Positions 28,728 through 37,016 of a DNA stretch of 53,987 nt are shown one piece after another. The stretch is taken from NCBI GenBank assembly GCA_937128055.1, contig CAKZMC010000160.1:1-53987 (forward strand). Reading direction: 5' to 3'. The notes beneath the pieces are model-generated. The model ran no database searches and was not told the origin of the DNA. It worked only from the letters and a program-made list of their open reading frames with translations. The position numbers were made by a program, and so were the translations under genes. Every line of letters begins with the position of its first letter. Position 1 is the first letter of the stretch. The stretch is from an uncultured Actinomycetes bacterium. Lineage in GTDB: Bacteria > Actinomycetota > Geothermincolia > Geothermincolales > RBG-13-55-18.

Positions 28728-29120
28728 TCAGTCCGAAGCGTGTGTCTCGAAAAAGGCAACTGCTTCTTCCTTGGATATATCCCCCGCTGCAACCCCGAGG
28801 CAAAGCCGTTTTAGTTCCTCATTCGACGCCTCGAGCTGCACGCCGTTGATGTTCAAGAATATCTCGGCGGCTACAACCGCCGTACGCTTGTTGCCGTCAA
28901 GAAATGGGTGGTTCTTGCAGATATGAAAGAGGTACGCCGCGGCCATGGCGGGAAGGCTCTTATGAAGGAACTCACCTGCTAAGGCAGCAGTCGGCATCGC
29001 CACCGCACTTTCGAGCATTCCACGGTCTGCGATGCCCTCGGCCCCGCCGAACTCGGCTATCATGCGTGCGTGGATCTTCAGTATGTCTTCGAACGAGAGG
29101 AATACGGGTTCCACGCTCAC
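28728..29120 (-). CDS. doc: Doc-family (Fic) toxin
   Basis: HPFLDGNKRTA Doc-type motif; 130 aa; overlaps the antitoxin stop codon. Confidence 0.92.
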   Translation of the reverse strand: MSVEPVFLSFEDILKIHARMIAEFGGAEGIADRGMLESAVAMPTAALAGEFLHKSLPAMAAAYLFHICKNHPFLDGNKRTAVVAAEIFLNINGVQLEASNEELKRLCLGVAAGDISKEEAVAFFETHASD

Positions 29121-29350
29121 GAATCAGCCAGTTCCTTGAGCACCTTCCCGCGCTCCCCCACGATTCGGTCCAGGTGACGCTCGAGCTCCTCCGGGTCCAC
29201 CCGCCGAGGGCTCACGGGAGTGATGATTATCGACCCGTTGCTCACCGTCAACTGGACTTCCTTGCCCTCTTCAAGCCCGACCATCTCCATGATCGGCAGA
29301 TCCAGTATGAGGGCGTTGCTGTTTCCCACTTTCTGCAGTCTCTTTATCAT
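29117..29350 (-). CDS. AbrB/MazE/SpoVT-type antitoxin
   Basis: KRLQKVGNSNALIL swapped-hairpin motif; C-terminal LKELA; upstream of doc. Confidence 0.9.
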   Translation of the reverse strand: MIKRLQKVGNSNALILDLPIMEMVGLEEGKEVQLTVSNGSIIITPVSPRRVDPEELERHLDRIVGERGKVLKELADS

Positions 29351-29365
29351 TGTGCCGACTCCTTT

Positions 29366-29388
29366 ATGTTATAACATAATTATAACAT
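29366..29388 (-). promoter_or_regulatory. putative TA autoregulatory operator
   Basis: Perfect palindrome ATGTTATAACAT at 29366-29377 plus an adjacent TTATAACAT copy, just upstream of the antitoxin. Confidence 0.6.
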
Positions 29389-29543
29389 CATTTGATCCCA
29401 AGTCAATCCCGCGCAGCAAGACAAGAATCGCAGCCCCTTATAGGGCATGACCGCAGAAGCTGCTGGTTGGCGCCGGCAGACAGATCAAGCCGAGGCAGCA
29501 TTAAGCGAGGCATGGAGTCCGGCTTCTATTGCTCTGGTGGGCG

Positions 29544-29814
29544 TTAAGGCCTCTGGAAGACCTATTCCAGTTTATCCTACTGGGGGAGGCGGTATGAAAA
29601 AGAGCCGCAGGCGCCCCAAAAATTGGTGGGCGTTAACGCCCACCAATAACATGGGGCCACCGTGGCCCTTTTTCATACCGCCTCCCCCAGGACGATAAGT
29701 GGGGACAGGTCTTCCAAGCGCCTTAACGCCTGCCAATCACCAGGGCCCCTGCGGCCTCCATCACAACGCCTCATCCAGGACGACAAGTGGGGATAGGCCT
29801 CCCCGGGGCCTTAG
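29544..29814. repeat. three adjacent ~93-bp units (one inverted, two direct) joined at TTAA cores
   Basis: Cores TTAA 29544, TTAA 29633, TTAA 29723 and TTAG 29811. A 26-bp perfect palindrome at 29622-29647 marks the head-to-head junction. Confidence 0.92.
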
Positions 29815-30100
29815 CGCACGCGGAGGCATAAAGGCTGAGAGCACCCGCCTCTCCGTGCTAGGACCGGCGAAGTAGCGCCGCGGCCTTGATCGCCGGCGGC
29901 GGGCGGCGGTGAGGCCGACATGCCGCGTGCCGGCCAGCACCGGCACGGTGTAACCGGCCCGATAGCGCGGCAGGGCCGTGAAACGGGCATCCCGCCGCTT
30001 GCCCCTCGCCACCCTCAAAAAGCCCGGTCAAGGAGGCGGAAAAACATCCCCCTTAAAAGGGCTTCGCGCTTGCGTTCTGAGGATTTGCGGGAAACATGCC

Positions 30101-30129
30101 TTGATATATAAGCACGAAGGGGTTATATT
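30101..30129 (+). promoter_or_regulatory. sigma70-type promoter of the RRM gene
   Basis: TTGATA, 17-bp spacer, TATATT. Confidence 0.55.
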
Positions 30130-30164
30130 GTATGTGCATTGGTTTTTGAGGATGGCGTGAATCG

Positions 30165-30196
30165 TCCCGAGGAGACCTGCTCCTCGGGATTTTTTT
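30165..30196 (+). terminator. terminator-like hairpin in the 5' leader of the RRM gene
   Basis: TCCCGAGGAG/CTCCTCGGGA stem followed by T7, immediately before SD AAGGAGGTGA. Confidence 0.55.
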
Positions 30197-30214
30197 GAGA
30201 AGGAGGTGAGAGAA

Positions 30215-30487
30215 GTGAAGATATACGTCGGCAACCTGAGTTACGCGACGAGTTCCAGCGACCTGCAAGGCGCTTTCGGGAAGTTCGGAGCGGTGGACTC
30301 GGCGGAAGTGGTCATGGACCGCAACACCAACCGCTCCCGCGGTTTCGGTTTCGTGGAGATGTCCGACGAGGGCGAGGCAAAAGCCGCCATAGCCGGCCTT
30401 AACGGCAAGGAGATGGACGGCCGCACCCTCAAGGTCAGCGAGGCAAAGCCGAGAAGGGCGGAGACGAGGAGCAGCTACCGCTTCTGA
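30215..30487 (+). CDS. single-RRM RNA-binding protein
   Basis: RNP2 IYVGNL, RNP1 RGFGFVEM, C-terminal VSEAKPR. Confidence 0.95.
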   Translation: MKIYVGNLSYATSSSDLQGAFGKFGAVDSAEVVMDRNTNRSRGFGFVEMSDEGEAKAAIAGLNGKEMDGRTLKVSEAKPRRAETRSSYRF

Positions 30488-30767
30488 TCTCGTACGGTTT
30501 GGCGGCAGCGCGAGGTTTGCTCGCAAGGGGACAGGCGGTGAGGTCGCCGCCTGTCCCTCCCTTCCCGGGCAAGACTCGTTGCCGGCATCCGGAGCCTGCG
30601 GGGCCGCACCCTTTCCGGCGTCCGACGTTGTGCTCCAGGGGCGCCATTCCGCCGGTCTGCCCTGGGGGGAAAGGCCCGCGCACCGTGTTCGCCGGTTGAC
30701 CGCGGCGAAAACCCGGACATATCATGATTTTGCATGATTCTGCAGCAATAAAGCGGATGGAGGTCGC

Positions 30768-31562
30768 ATGATGGAGAGAACCCCCGAGGAAAAGACGGAA
30801 TTCCTCATGGAACTGGCGGAAGCGCCCATCGCGCGCCTGGAGGCGGAACTGGCCTTTCGCTTTCTTTACAAGCACCTCGAGGCGGATGTGAGAAGGGAGG
30901 GCGAGGGGCTCAACGTCCTCGACGTGGGAAGCGGGCTGGGGGAGGTCGCCCTGCGTTTCGCGGCGCTGGGCCACAAGGTCACCATGCTGGAACCCCAGGC
31001 CTGCCTGCTGCAGACGGCGGAGGAAAGGGCAAGGGAGCAGTTGCCCGAGCGGGCCTCCCTCCTGCGTTTTCTGAACGAACGCATTGAGAACCTGGAGGAG
31101 AGCCTGACGGACGAGTTCGACCTCATCATCTGCCACGAAACCATAGAGTACGTGGACGATCCCCTGAAAGCCCTGAACGTCATCACCCGGGTGCTGCGTC
31201 CCCGCGGCAAGCTCTCCCTGGTCTTCCTCAACCGCTACGGCCTGGTCATGGAGAAGGTGGTCGTGGAGGGCAACGTGAAGGAAGCCGTGGAAGCCTTTGA
31301 TATGGAAGAGTTTCCCACACAGTTGCACCATGGCCGCGGACACCTGTATTCCGATGCGGAGATGATGAACCTACTCGACCCACTGGGGTACAACCTGGAG
31401 GGGCAGTACGGGCTGCTCATCTTCTCCGAGTTCATCGACTGCTCCCTTTTCGAAGAAGGGCAGTGCTACCGGGGCATGCTGGAGCTCGAGGAGAGGGCGG
31501 GGCAGGAGCCGCAACTCAAGGGCATCGGTAAGTACATCCAGCTCATCTGCTCCAAATCCTGA
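30768..31562 (+). CDS. class I SAM-dependent methyltransferase (SmtA/CmoM-like)
   Basis: VLDVGSGLG, FDLIICHETIEYV and LRPRGKLSL motifs. Confidence 0.85.
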   Translation: MMERTPEEKTEFLMELAEAPIARLEAELAFRFLYKHLEADVRREGEGLNVLDVGSGLGEVALRFAALGHKVTMLEPQACLLQTAEERAREQLPERASLLRFLNERIENLEESLTDEFDLIICHETIEYVDDPLKALNVITRVLRPRGKLSLVFLNRYGLVMEKVVVEGNVKEAVEAFDMEEFPTQLHHGRGHLYSDAEMMNLLDPLGYNLEGQYGLLIFSEFIDCSLFEEGQCYRGMLELEERAGQEPQLKGIGKYIQLICSKS

Positions 31563-31704
31563 GGGCCGGGGGCGTCGCGGGAGAAGCGCCCTTACCGGCA
31601 GCGGGCTCGCGCGGGGGGCGGAAGCCAGCCGCGAAGGTGAGGCGGCCGTCGCGGGCTACCCGGTATGAAAGCCTTTTATCCGAAAGGGCGGGTTTCTCGC
31701 GCTC

Positions 31705-32964
31705 TCACAGGAAACGGCGCAGGGAAGCGGCATAGCCGTGGAGGCCCCTCTTCACCGTGGCGTAGGTGAGGAGCTGCTGGTAGAGGCTCTCGTCCGCCAG
31801 GTCCCGCCAGCGCAGCTGCCGCTTGGTCTTGGTCAGGAAGAGCATGGGTATCCAGGTGCCTGTGTTGATGTAATACTTACCTCTCTTGCCGCCCAGCACC
31901 GGCTGCAGCTCGTTTGAATAATAGCGGTGGTCATGACCGAAGACGACCACGTCGATGTCCTGGTCCGAGAGGAGGAGATCGCGTGCCGCCACCGAGAGGG
32001 CGTCCTCCCTGGTGGCCAGGGAGTCGAGGAGGAGCCCGTCAGTCGCCAGCTCCGATGTCTCCCCTTCTTCCTCCTCCGGGAGCTCCGGGCTCACCCGCTC
32101 CGCGTCCTCCACTCCCTGCAGCTCCACGCGGGCGCGGCCGGAGATGAAATCCATGGTCCTCTTCAGCGAATATCCCCAGGTGTCCAGGCGCCCCTCCCGC
32201 CGCCGCCGCTGCAGCTCCCGGCTTTCCTTGAAAGGGGGAAAGCCCACCTTGGACATGAAGCGGAGCAGCTTGTACCCGTAGACCAGCTTGAACCACCAGT
32301 TCTCGTCCTGGATGCCCATGAAGACCATGTTGGGGATGGGCCTGACGTTGTTGATGAAGGGACTCCTTTCGCTTATCATTCCTTTGGCAAAATATTCCAA
32401 GAAACAGTTGCTCCAGCTCCTCTCCAGCCTCAGCTCCCCCGACTTGGGATCGCGCAGGAAGGGGTGGGTGAAGTTCTCGAAGGCGCTGTCCGCGAAATAC
32501 TGGTTGCCATGCTCCACGTACAGGCCGCCGTCCCGGTAGATGCCCGTGTACTCGAAGTGGAAGTGCTCCGAGTCGGGGGTCCCGAATTCCTCCAGGAGGC
32601 GGTCGCGCACCTGCGGCCAGAAGAGGTCCACGTCATGGTTGCCCGGCACCAGCACCAGGCGATGGCCGTCTTCCATGAAGCGGCGCAGGGAAAGGAAGCA
32701 GTCCCGGTGGGCTTCCAGGACGCGCTCCAGCTTGTGCAGTGATTCCGCCTCCGTGCAACCCAGGCGCTGGAAGGGCTTGCTTACCGTCTTCTCCAGGGTG
32801 ACGCCGACGAAATCGATGAAATCCCCGTTGATGATAAGCTCCGAGCTGCGCCGCCTGGCGATGGTTTCCACGAAGGACCGGAAGGCGGCGTCCTGCTGGA
32901 AGTCGTCCAGGTAGTCCCCTGCCCCCAGGTGCAGGTCGCTTATTATGAATCTGGTCCTGGGCAT
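31705..32964 (-). CDS. calcineurin-like metallophosphoesterase
   Basis: SDLHLG, NGDFIDF, PGNHD, EHGN, FGHDH and YINTGTW motifs. Confidence 0.85.
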   Translation of the reverse strand: MPRTRFIISDLHLGAGDYLDDFQQDAAFRSFVETIARRRSSELIINGDFIDFVGVTLEKTVSKPFQRLGCTEAESLHKLERVLEAHRDCFLSLRRFMEDGHRLVLVPGNHDVDLFWPQVRDRLLEEFGTPDSEHFHFEYTGIYRDGGLYVEHGNQYFADSAFENFTHPFLRDPKSGELRLERSWSNCFLEYFAKGMISERSPFINNVRPIPNMVFMGIQDENWWFKLVYGYKLLRFMSKVGFPPFKESRELQRRRREGRLDTWGYSLKRTMDFISGRARVELQGVEDAERVSPELPEEEEGETSELATDGLLLDSLATREDALSVAARDLLLSDQDIDVVVFGHDHRYYSNELQPVLGGKRGKYYINTGTWIPMLFLTKTKRQLRWRDLADESLYQQLLTYATVKRGLHGYAASLRRFL

Positions 32965-33246
32965 CGGCGCTCCTTGTCGGGGCCGCCTGCAAGCACGGGG
33001 CGGCAGGCTGAACAACAATTGAGTATAGCATCATGCGGCGCGCCGCACATGCCCAGGCGGGAGAGCGGGAAGCCCGCCCGCGCATCGCCCGGCCCCGCAT
33101 GCGGGAGCGCGCTGCCGGGCGGGTTAGGGGAAGCGCTACGCCCCGGCCATGTTGAAACGGGCGCTTTCCTGTATATTAGTCCTGTATGTTGGAACGGAGC
33201 CGCATACGGACGTGGCGGGAAAAGGGCTCTTGCGCGGAGGAGAGGG

Positions 33247-34368
33247 ATGAGCTGCGAGGCGGGACGGGTGATCGGACTCATGGAGCGTCTGGCGCCCCCG
33301 GAGCTGGCGGCGGATTGGGACAATGTCGGGCTGCTGTTCGGGTCGCCGCGCGCGGAGATAGACGCCGTCCTGATCGCGCTCGAGGTGACCGTTGAGGTGC
33401 TGGAGGAGGCGCTCGCGAGGAAAGCCGGCCTCATCATCTGCCACCACCCGCCGCTTTTCCGGCCTTTGCGCCGCCTTCGGGAGGACGAGCCCGAAGGCGC
33501 TCTGGCCTGCGGCATCGTGCGTTCCGGCGTTGCCGTCTATGCGGCGCACAGCAACCTGGACGCCTCGTCCCAGGGGGTCAACGCCGCCCTCGCCGAGGCC
33601 CTCGAGCTGCGGGAGCACGTGCCCCTGGGCGAGGCCTCGCTGGAGGGTTACAAGCTGGTGACCTTCCTGCCGCCGGAGTGCCTGGGGGAGGTGAGCGAAG
33701 CCCTTTTCCGCGCGGGGGCAGGGGCCATCGGCGACTACCGCGGGTGCTCTTTCCGCGTCGAAGGGACGGGGACCTTTCTCGCGGGTCCCGGCTCCCGGCC
33801 GTTCCGCGGGGAAGCGGGGAGGCGGAACGAGGTGCGGGAGGCGAGGCTGGAGGTGTGGGTGAAGGGGCAGGACCTGCCGCGGGCGATGGGGGAGCTCATG
33901 GGCGCCCATCCCTACGAGGAGCCGGCCGTCGATATCTACCCGGCGCGCCTGGGCCAGCGTGGAGGCATAGGAAGGATAGGGACCCTTTCCCGCGCCATGA
34001 CCCTGGGGGAGCTGGCGGAGTCCTGCCGCCTGCGGCTGGCGAACCCCGCTGTGAGATACGCCGGCGATGCGGGTCTGCGGGTGAGAAGGGTGGCGGTATG
34101 CGGCGGACGGGGAGGAGATGTGGCCGGCGAAGCGAGGCGCATGGGGGCCGAGGTGTTGATCACGGGAGACGTGAGCCACCACGAGGCGCAGGATGCGCTG
34201 CGGGCGGGGTTGGCCATAATCGACGCAGGGCATTATCATACCGAGAGTGTGGTGGTCCCCTTCCTGGCCAAGCATATCGCAGGGTTGGCGGGCGCGGCGG
34301 GCCTGGAGGTCGAGTTCTTCATCTCCGAGACGGATACCTGCCCCTGGCACACCGGAGGTGAGAGTTGA
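33247..34368 (+). CDS. Nif3/DUF34 dinuclear metal-centre protein with PII-like insert
   Basis: WDNVGL, HHPPLF, HSNLD, HPYEEPA and DAGHYHTE motifs. Confidence 0.93.
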   Translation: MSCEAGRVIGLMERLAPPELAADWDNVGLLFGSPRAEIDAVLIALEVTVEVLEEALARKAGLIICHHPPLFRPLRRLREDEPEGALACGIVRSGVAVYAAHSNLDASSQGVNAALAEALELREHVPLGEASLEGYKLVTFLPPECLGEVSEALFRAGAGAIGDYRGCSFRVEGTGTFLAGPGSRPFRGEAGRRNEVREARLEVWVKGQDLPRAMGELMGAHPYEEPAVDIYPARLGQRGGIGRIGTLSRAMTLGELAESCRLRLANPAVRYAGDAGLRVRRVAVCGGRGGDVAGEARRMGAEVLITGDVSHHEAQDALRAGLAIIDAGHYHTESVVVPFLAKHIAGLAGAAGLEVEFFISETDTCPWHTGGES

Positions 34369-35084
34369 GCGAACTGGCAAGGTTGCAGCAGGTACAGGAG
34401 CTGGACACGCGCATCTTCGCGCTGCGGGCGCAGGCGGAAAGACATCCCCTGGCGGAGGAGATAGCTGCCCTGAAGGAAAAGGAGGGCGAGCGTGTCCGTG
34501 ACCTGCAGGAAGCGGAGTCATCCCTGGAAAGATCCGGCAAGAAGCAGAGCAGGTTGGAAGCGGAGGTCCGGGCTATCGAGGAGAAGCTGGCCCGCGAGGA
34601 AGAGAAGCTCTTCGGGGGGAGGGTGACGAATCCCAAGGAATTGCGAGGGTTGCAAGCCGAGGTGCGTTCGCTGCAGCGGCAGAAGGACGGGCTGGAGACG
34701 GAGCTGCTGGAGGAGATGGAGGAACAGGACGGCATACGTTCCCGGGTGGAGGAGATACGCAGCGAGCGAGAGGGGTTGCTCGCGGAGATCGCGGAGAAGG
34801 AAGCCGTCCTGCGTTCTGACCTGGAGAAGCTGCACGGCGAGCTGGGCGAGCTGGAGAGGGAGAGGGAAGAGCTGGCGGCAGGCTTGGAGGAGGAACTCCT
34901 GCGCCTGTACGAAAAACTGCTTGCCGGCAAACAGAACCTCGCCGTGGTCAAGGTCGTCGAGGGCATATGCCAGGGGTGCCGGGTCGAGCTGCCGGGGAAG
35001 GAGTACGACCGTTTCCTCAAGAGCGAGGGGATATTCCGCTGCCCCAATTGCGGGCGTATCCTGGTCAGGCAGAACGGCGGATGA
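34365..35084 (+). CDS. coiled-coil protein with C4 zinc ribbon (DUF164-type)
   Basis: LQELD, long coiled coil, CQGC...CPNCGRIL; conserved position after nif3. Confidence 0.9.
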   Translation: MSELARLQQVQELDTRIFALRAQAERHPLAEEIAALKEKEGERVRDLQEAESSLERSGKKQSRLEAEVRAIEEKLAREEEKLFGGRVTNPKELRGLQAEVRSLQRQKDGLETELLEEMEEQDGIRSRVEEIRSEREGLLAEIAEKEAVLRSDLEKLHGELGELEREREELAAGLEEELLRLYEKLLAGKQNLAVVKVVEGICQGCRVELPGKEYDRFLKSEGIFRCPNCGRILVRQNGG

Positions 35085-35104
35085 GTGATGAGGCGGTGTA
35101 GGAC

Positions 35105-35677
35105 TTGCAGGCAAGGAAGAGCAGGAAAAGCGTGATAGAACCGGCATTTCAGGGAGCCAAGCGTTTCGAGGAATTGCACGTGTTCGTCGACGGTGCAGCG
35201 CGGGGCAACCCCGGGCCCGCGGCCATCGGGGTGCTGGTGCTGACCCGGCAGGGGAGAAAGGTCGCTTCCTTCGGCGAGGTGATAGGCGAGGCCACCAACA
35301 ACTTCGCCGAGTACACGGCGCTGGTGCATGCCCTGCGGCTTCTCTCCGTCTTCGAGGTGGACCGCCTGCGCCTCTACACGGACAGCGAACTCATGGCGCT
35401 TCAGCTCCGCGGCGAATACCGGGTAAAAGAGAAGACCCTAAGCAGCCTTTACGCGCAGGTGGCATCCATGCTCGGCCGTTACCGCGACTGGGATATCGAG
35501 CACGTGCCGCGGGAGCGCAACCAGGAGGCCGACCGCCTGGCCAACCAGGCGCTCGACCAAGCGGGCCCCCGCCCCTTTGCCCGGCGCCGCCGCGAGGCGG
35601 ATTCCTCGCAGGGGCAGGAAGCGCTCTTCACCGAACCCGGCGAGCAGGAAGAAGACGGCGAAGAGGCGGAGGAATAG
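35105..35677 (+). CDS. rnhA: ribonuclease HI (archaeal/actinobacterial type)
   Basis: DGAARGNPG, TNNFAEY, DSEL and HVPRERNQEADRLAN motifs; start codon uncertain. Confidence 0.88.
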   Translation: MQARKSRKSVIEPAFQGAKRFEELHVFVDGAARGNPGPAAIGVLVLTRQGRKVASFGEVIGEATNNFAEYTALVHALRLLSVFEVDRLRLYTDSELMALQLRGEYRVKEKTLSSLYAQVASMLGRYRDWDIEHVPRERNQEADRLANQALDQAGPRPFARRRREADSSQGQEALFTEPGEQEEDGEEAEE

Positions 35678-35679
35678 GC

Positions 35680-36270
35680 ATGTTCCTCATAGCGCACGCG
35701 GGCATCGCCGCCGCCCCCGCTTCAGCCGTGCTGGCCTGGTGGCAGGAGAACCGCGGCTTCTCTCGCGAAACCCCCGACCTCAGGTGGTTGCTGCTGGGAA
35801 GCGTGTTGCCGGATCTGGTGGACAAGCCGCTGGGGCAGGCTGTGCTGCGTTCCTATTTTCAGAACGGGCGCATCTTTTTCCACACCTTCCTCTTCACCAT
35901 CCTTTTCCTCCTGGGGGGCGCCTCCCAGTGGAAACGCCGCGGGGACAGCCGGTTGTTCATGCTGGCATGCGGCATGTTGGCCCACGTGGTGGTGGACAGG
36001 GTATGGGTGGAGCCGACAACCGCCTTCTGGCCTTCCCTGGGGCCTTTTCTGCGCCACCCCTCCCTGGGGACAATCATGGAACAGGTGATGGAATACCTGC
36101 GTGAGCCGTCTTTCTGGGTGGAGGAAGTGGGTGGAGGAGCCCTGCTCGTAGGCTCGCTCCGCCTGCTTGGGGTAAGGTCGCTCCGGGATCTCAGGCAGTT
36201 TGCAGGGCACGGCACCCTGCCCGCCCTCGCTTCCCCACTGCCTGAAGACGGCCGTGGGGGCCGGGGATGA
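35680..36270 (+). CDS. membrane-bound metal-dependent hydrolase (YdjM/DUF457-like)
   Basis: HAG, LPDLVDKP, HT and HVVVD motifs with TM helices. Confidence 0.8.
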   Translation: MFLIAHAGIAAAPASAVLAWWQENRGFSRETPDLRWLLLGSVLPDLVDKPLGQAVLRSYFQNGRIFFHTFLFTILFLLGGASQWKRRGDSRLFMLACGMLAHVVVDRVWVEPTTAFWPSLGPFLRHPSLGTIMEQVMEYLREPSFWVEEVGGGALLVGSLRLLGVRSLRDLRQFAGHGTLPALASPLPEDGRGGRG

Positions 36271-36331
36271 GCCGCTTTCCGCGCGCGGGTTCCTTGCCCC
36301 CCTGGTAAACCGCGGCTACAATGGTTAGGTC

Positions 36332-36952
36332 ATGGGAACGATATACCTGTTGCGACACGGAGAAACCGAGTACAATGCCCAGCAGAGGTTGCTGGGGCGC
36401 CTGGACCTCAGCCTCAACGAGAAGGGCCGCGGGCAGGCGAGGCGGGTGGTGGATTTCTTCCGCGGCGTGGACCTGAAGGCTATCTATTGCAGCCCCCTGA
36501 AGCGTTGCCTGGAGACGGCCGCCCCGGTAGCGGAGGCGCAGAGCCTCGAGGTGGAGATCATGGAAGGCCTCATGGAAGTGGACATGGGGGAATGGGACGG
36601 GCGCTCCATCAAGGAGTTGTTCGAGCGGGAAGGGGAAGCGGTGGGAAACTGGATGCGCAACCCGTCCTCGGTGGCCATACCCGGGGGAGAGAGCTTCGAT
36701 GCGGCGAGGGAGCGGGTGATGGCGGCGATCGGCGAGATCACCTCCCGCAATCCGGGCGGCGAACAAGTCCTCGTCGTATCCCACGGGGGGCCCATAAGGG
36801 GCGTGCTTTGCGAGGCGCTGCGCATGGACCTGGACAGCATGTTCCGCCTCCAGATAGACCTGGCCTCCGTATCCGCCGTCAAGTATTACGAGGGCGGCAT
36901 ACAGGAGTCAGCCACTGTGACGCTGGTCAACGAGACCTATCATCTGAGGTAG
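36332..36952 (+). CDS. histidine phosphatase (CobC/GpmB-like)
   Basis: RHGET, SPLKRC, E..MGEW and SHGG motifs. Confidence 0.9.
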   Translation: MGTIYLLRHGETEYNAQQRLLGRLDLSLNEKGRGQARRVVDFFRGVDLKAIYCSPLKRCLETAAPVAEAQSLEVEIMEGLMEVDMGEWDGRSIKELFEREGEAVGNWMRNPSSVAIPGGESFDAARERVMAAIGEITSRNPGGEQVLVVSHGGPIRGVLCEALRMDLDSMFRLQIDLASVSAVKYYEGGIQESATVTLVNETYHLR

Positions 36953-37016
36953 GCCTCCCCTCGTGGTGAAAGCGCGCCGCGCGCTTCGCGGACGGAAGGA
37001 GCAATTTAGGATTATC

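Larger units (their letters stand above)
21887..29814. mobile_element. tRNA-Val-anchored accessory island / putative cassette array (no integrase in window)
   Basis: Starts at the tRNA and contains repeated tRNA-3'-end sites, a TA module and a pseudogene. It looks more AT-rich than the flanks by eye. Confidence 0.7.

Noticed and set aside
23537-29726. IS or composite transposon with 94-bp terminal inverted repeats
   Set aside because: There is no transposase. The same unit also occurs in tandem and internally, and the inverted arrangement is explained by a flip at the TTAA cores.
29544-29814. Possible CRISPR array
   Set aside because: The units are ~93 bp and similar along their whole length, with no unique spacers. 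Orientation is mixed, the ends are tRNA-derived and there are no cas genes.
21962-29814. Classical integron or prophage
   Set aside because: No intI, integrase or phage genes, and no recognisable attC (RYYYAAC...GTTRRRY) hairpins.
35081-35104. ATG coupled to the upstream stop, in frame with rnhA but blocked by TAG 35099 (possible amber recoding)
   Set aside because: TAG terminates many intact genes in this window, and downstream TTG/GTG starts give a complete RNase HI.
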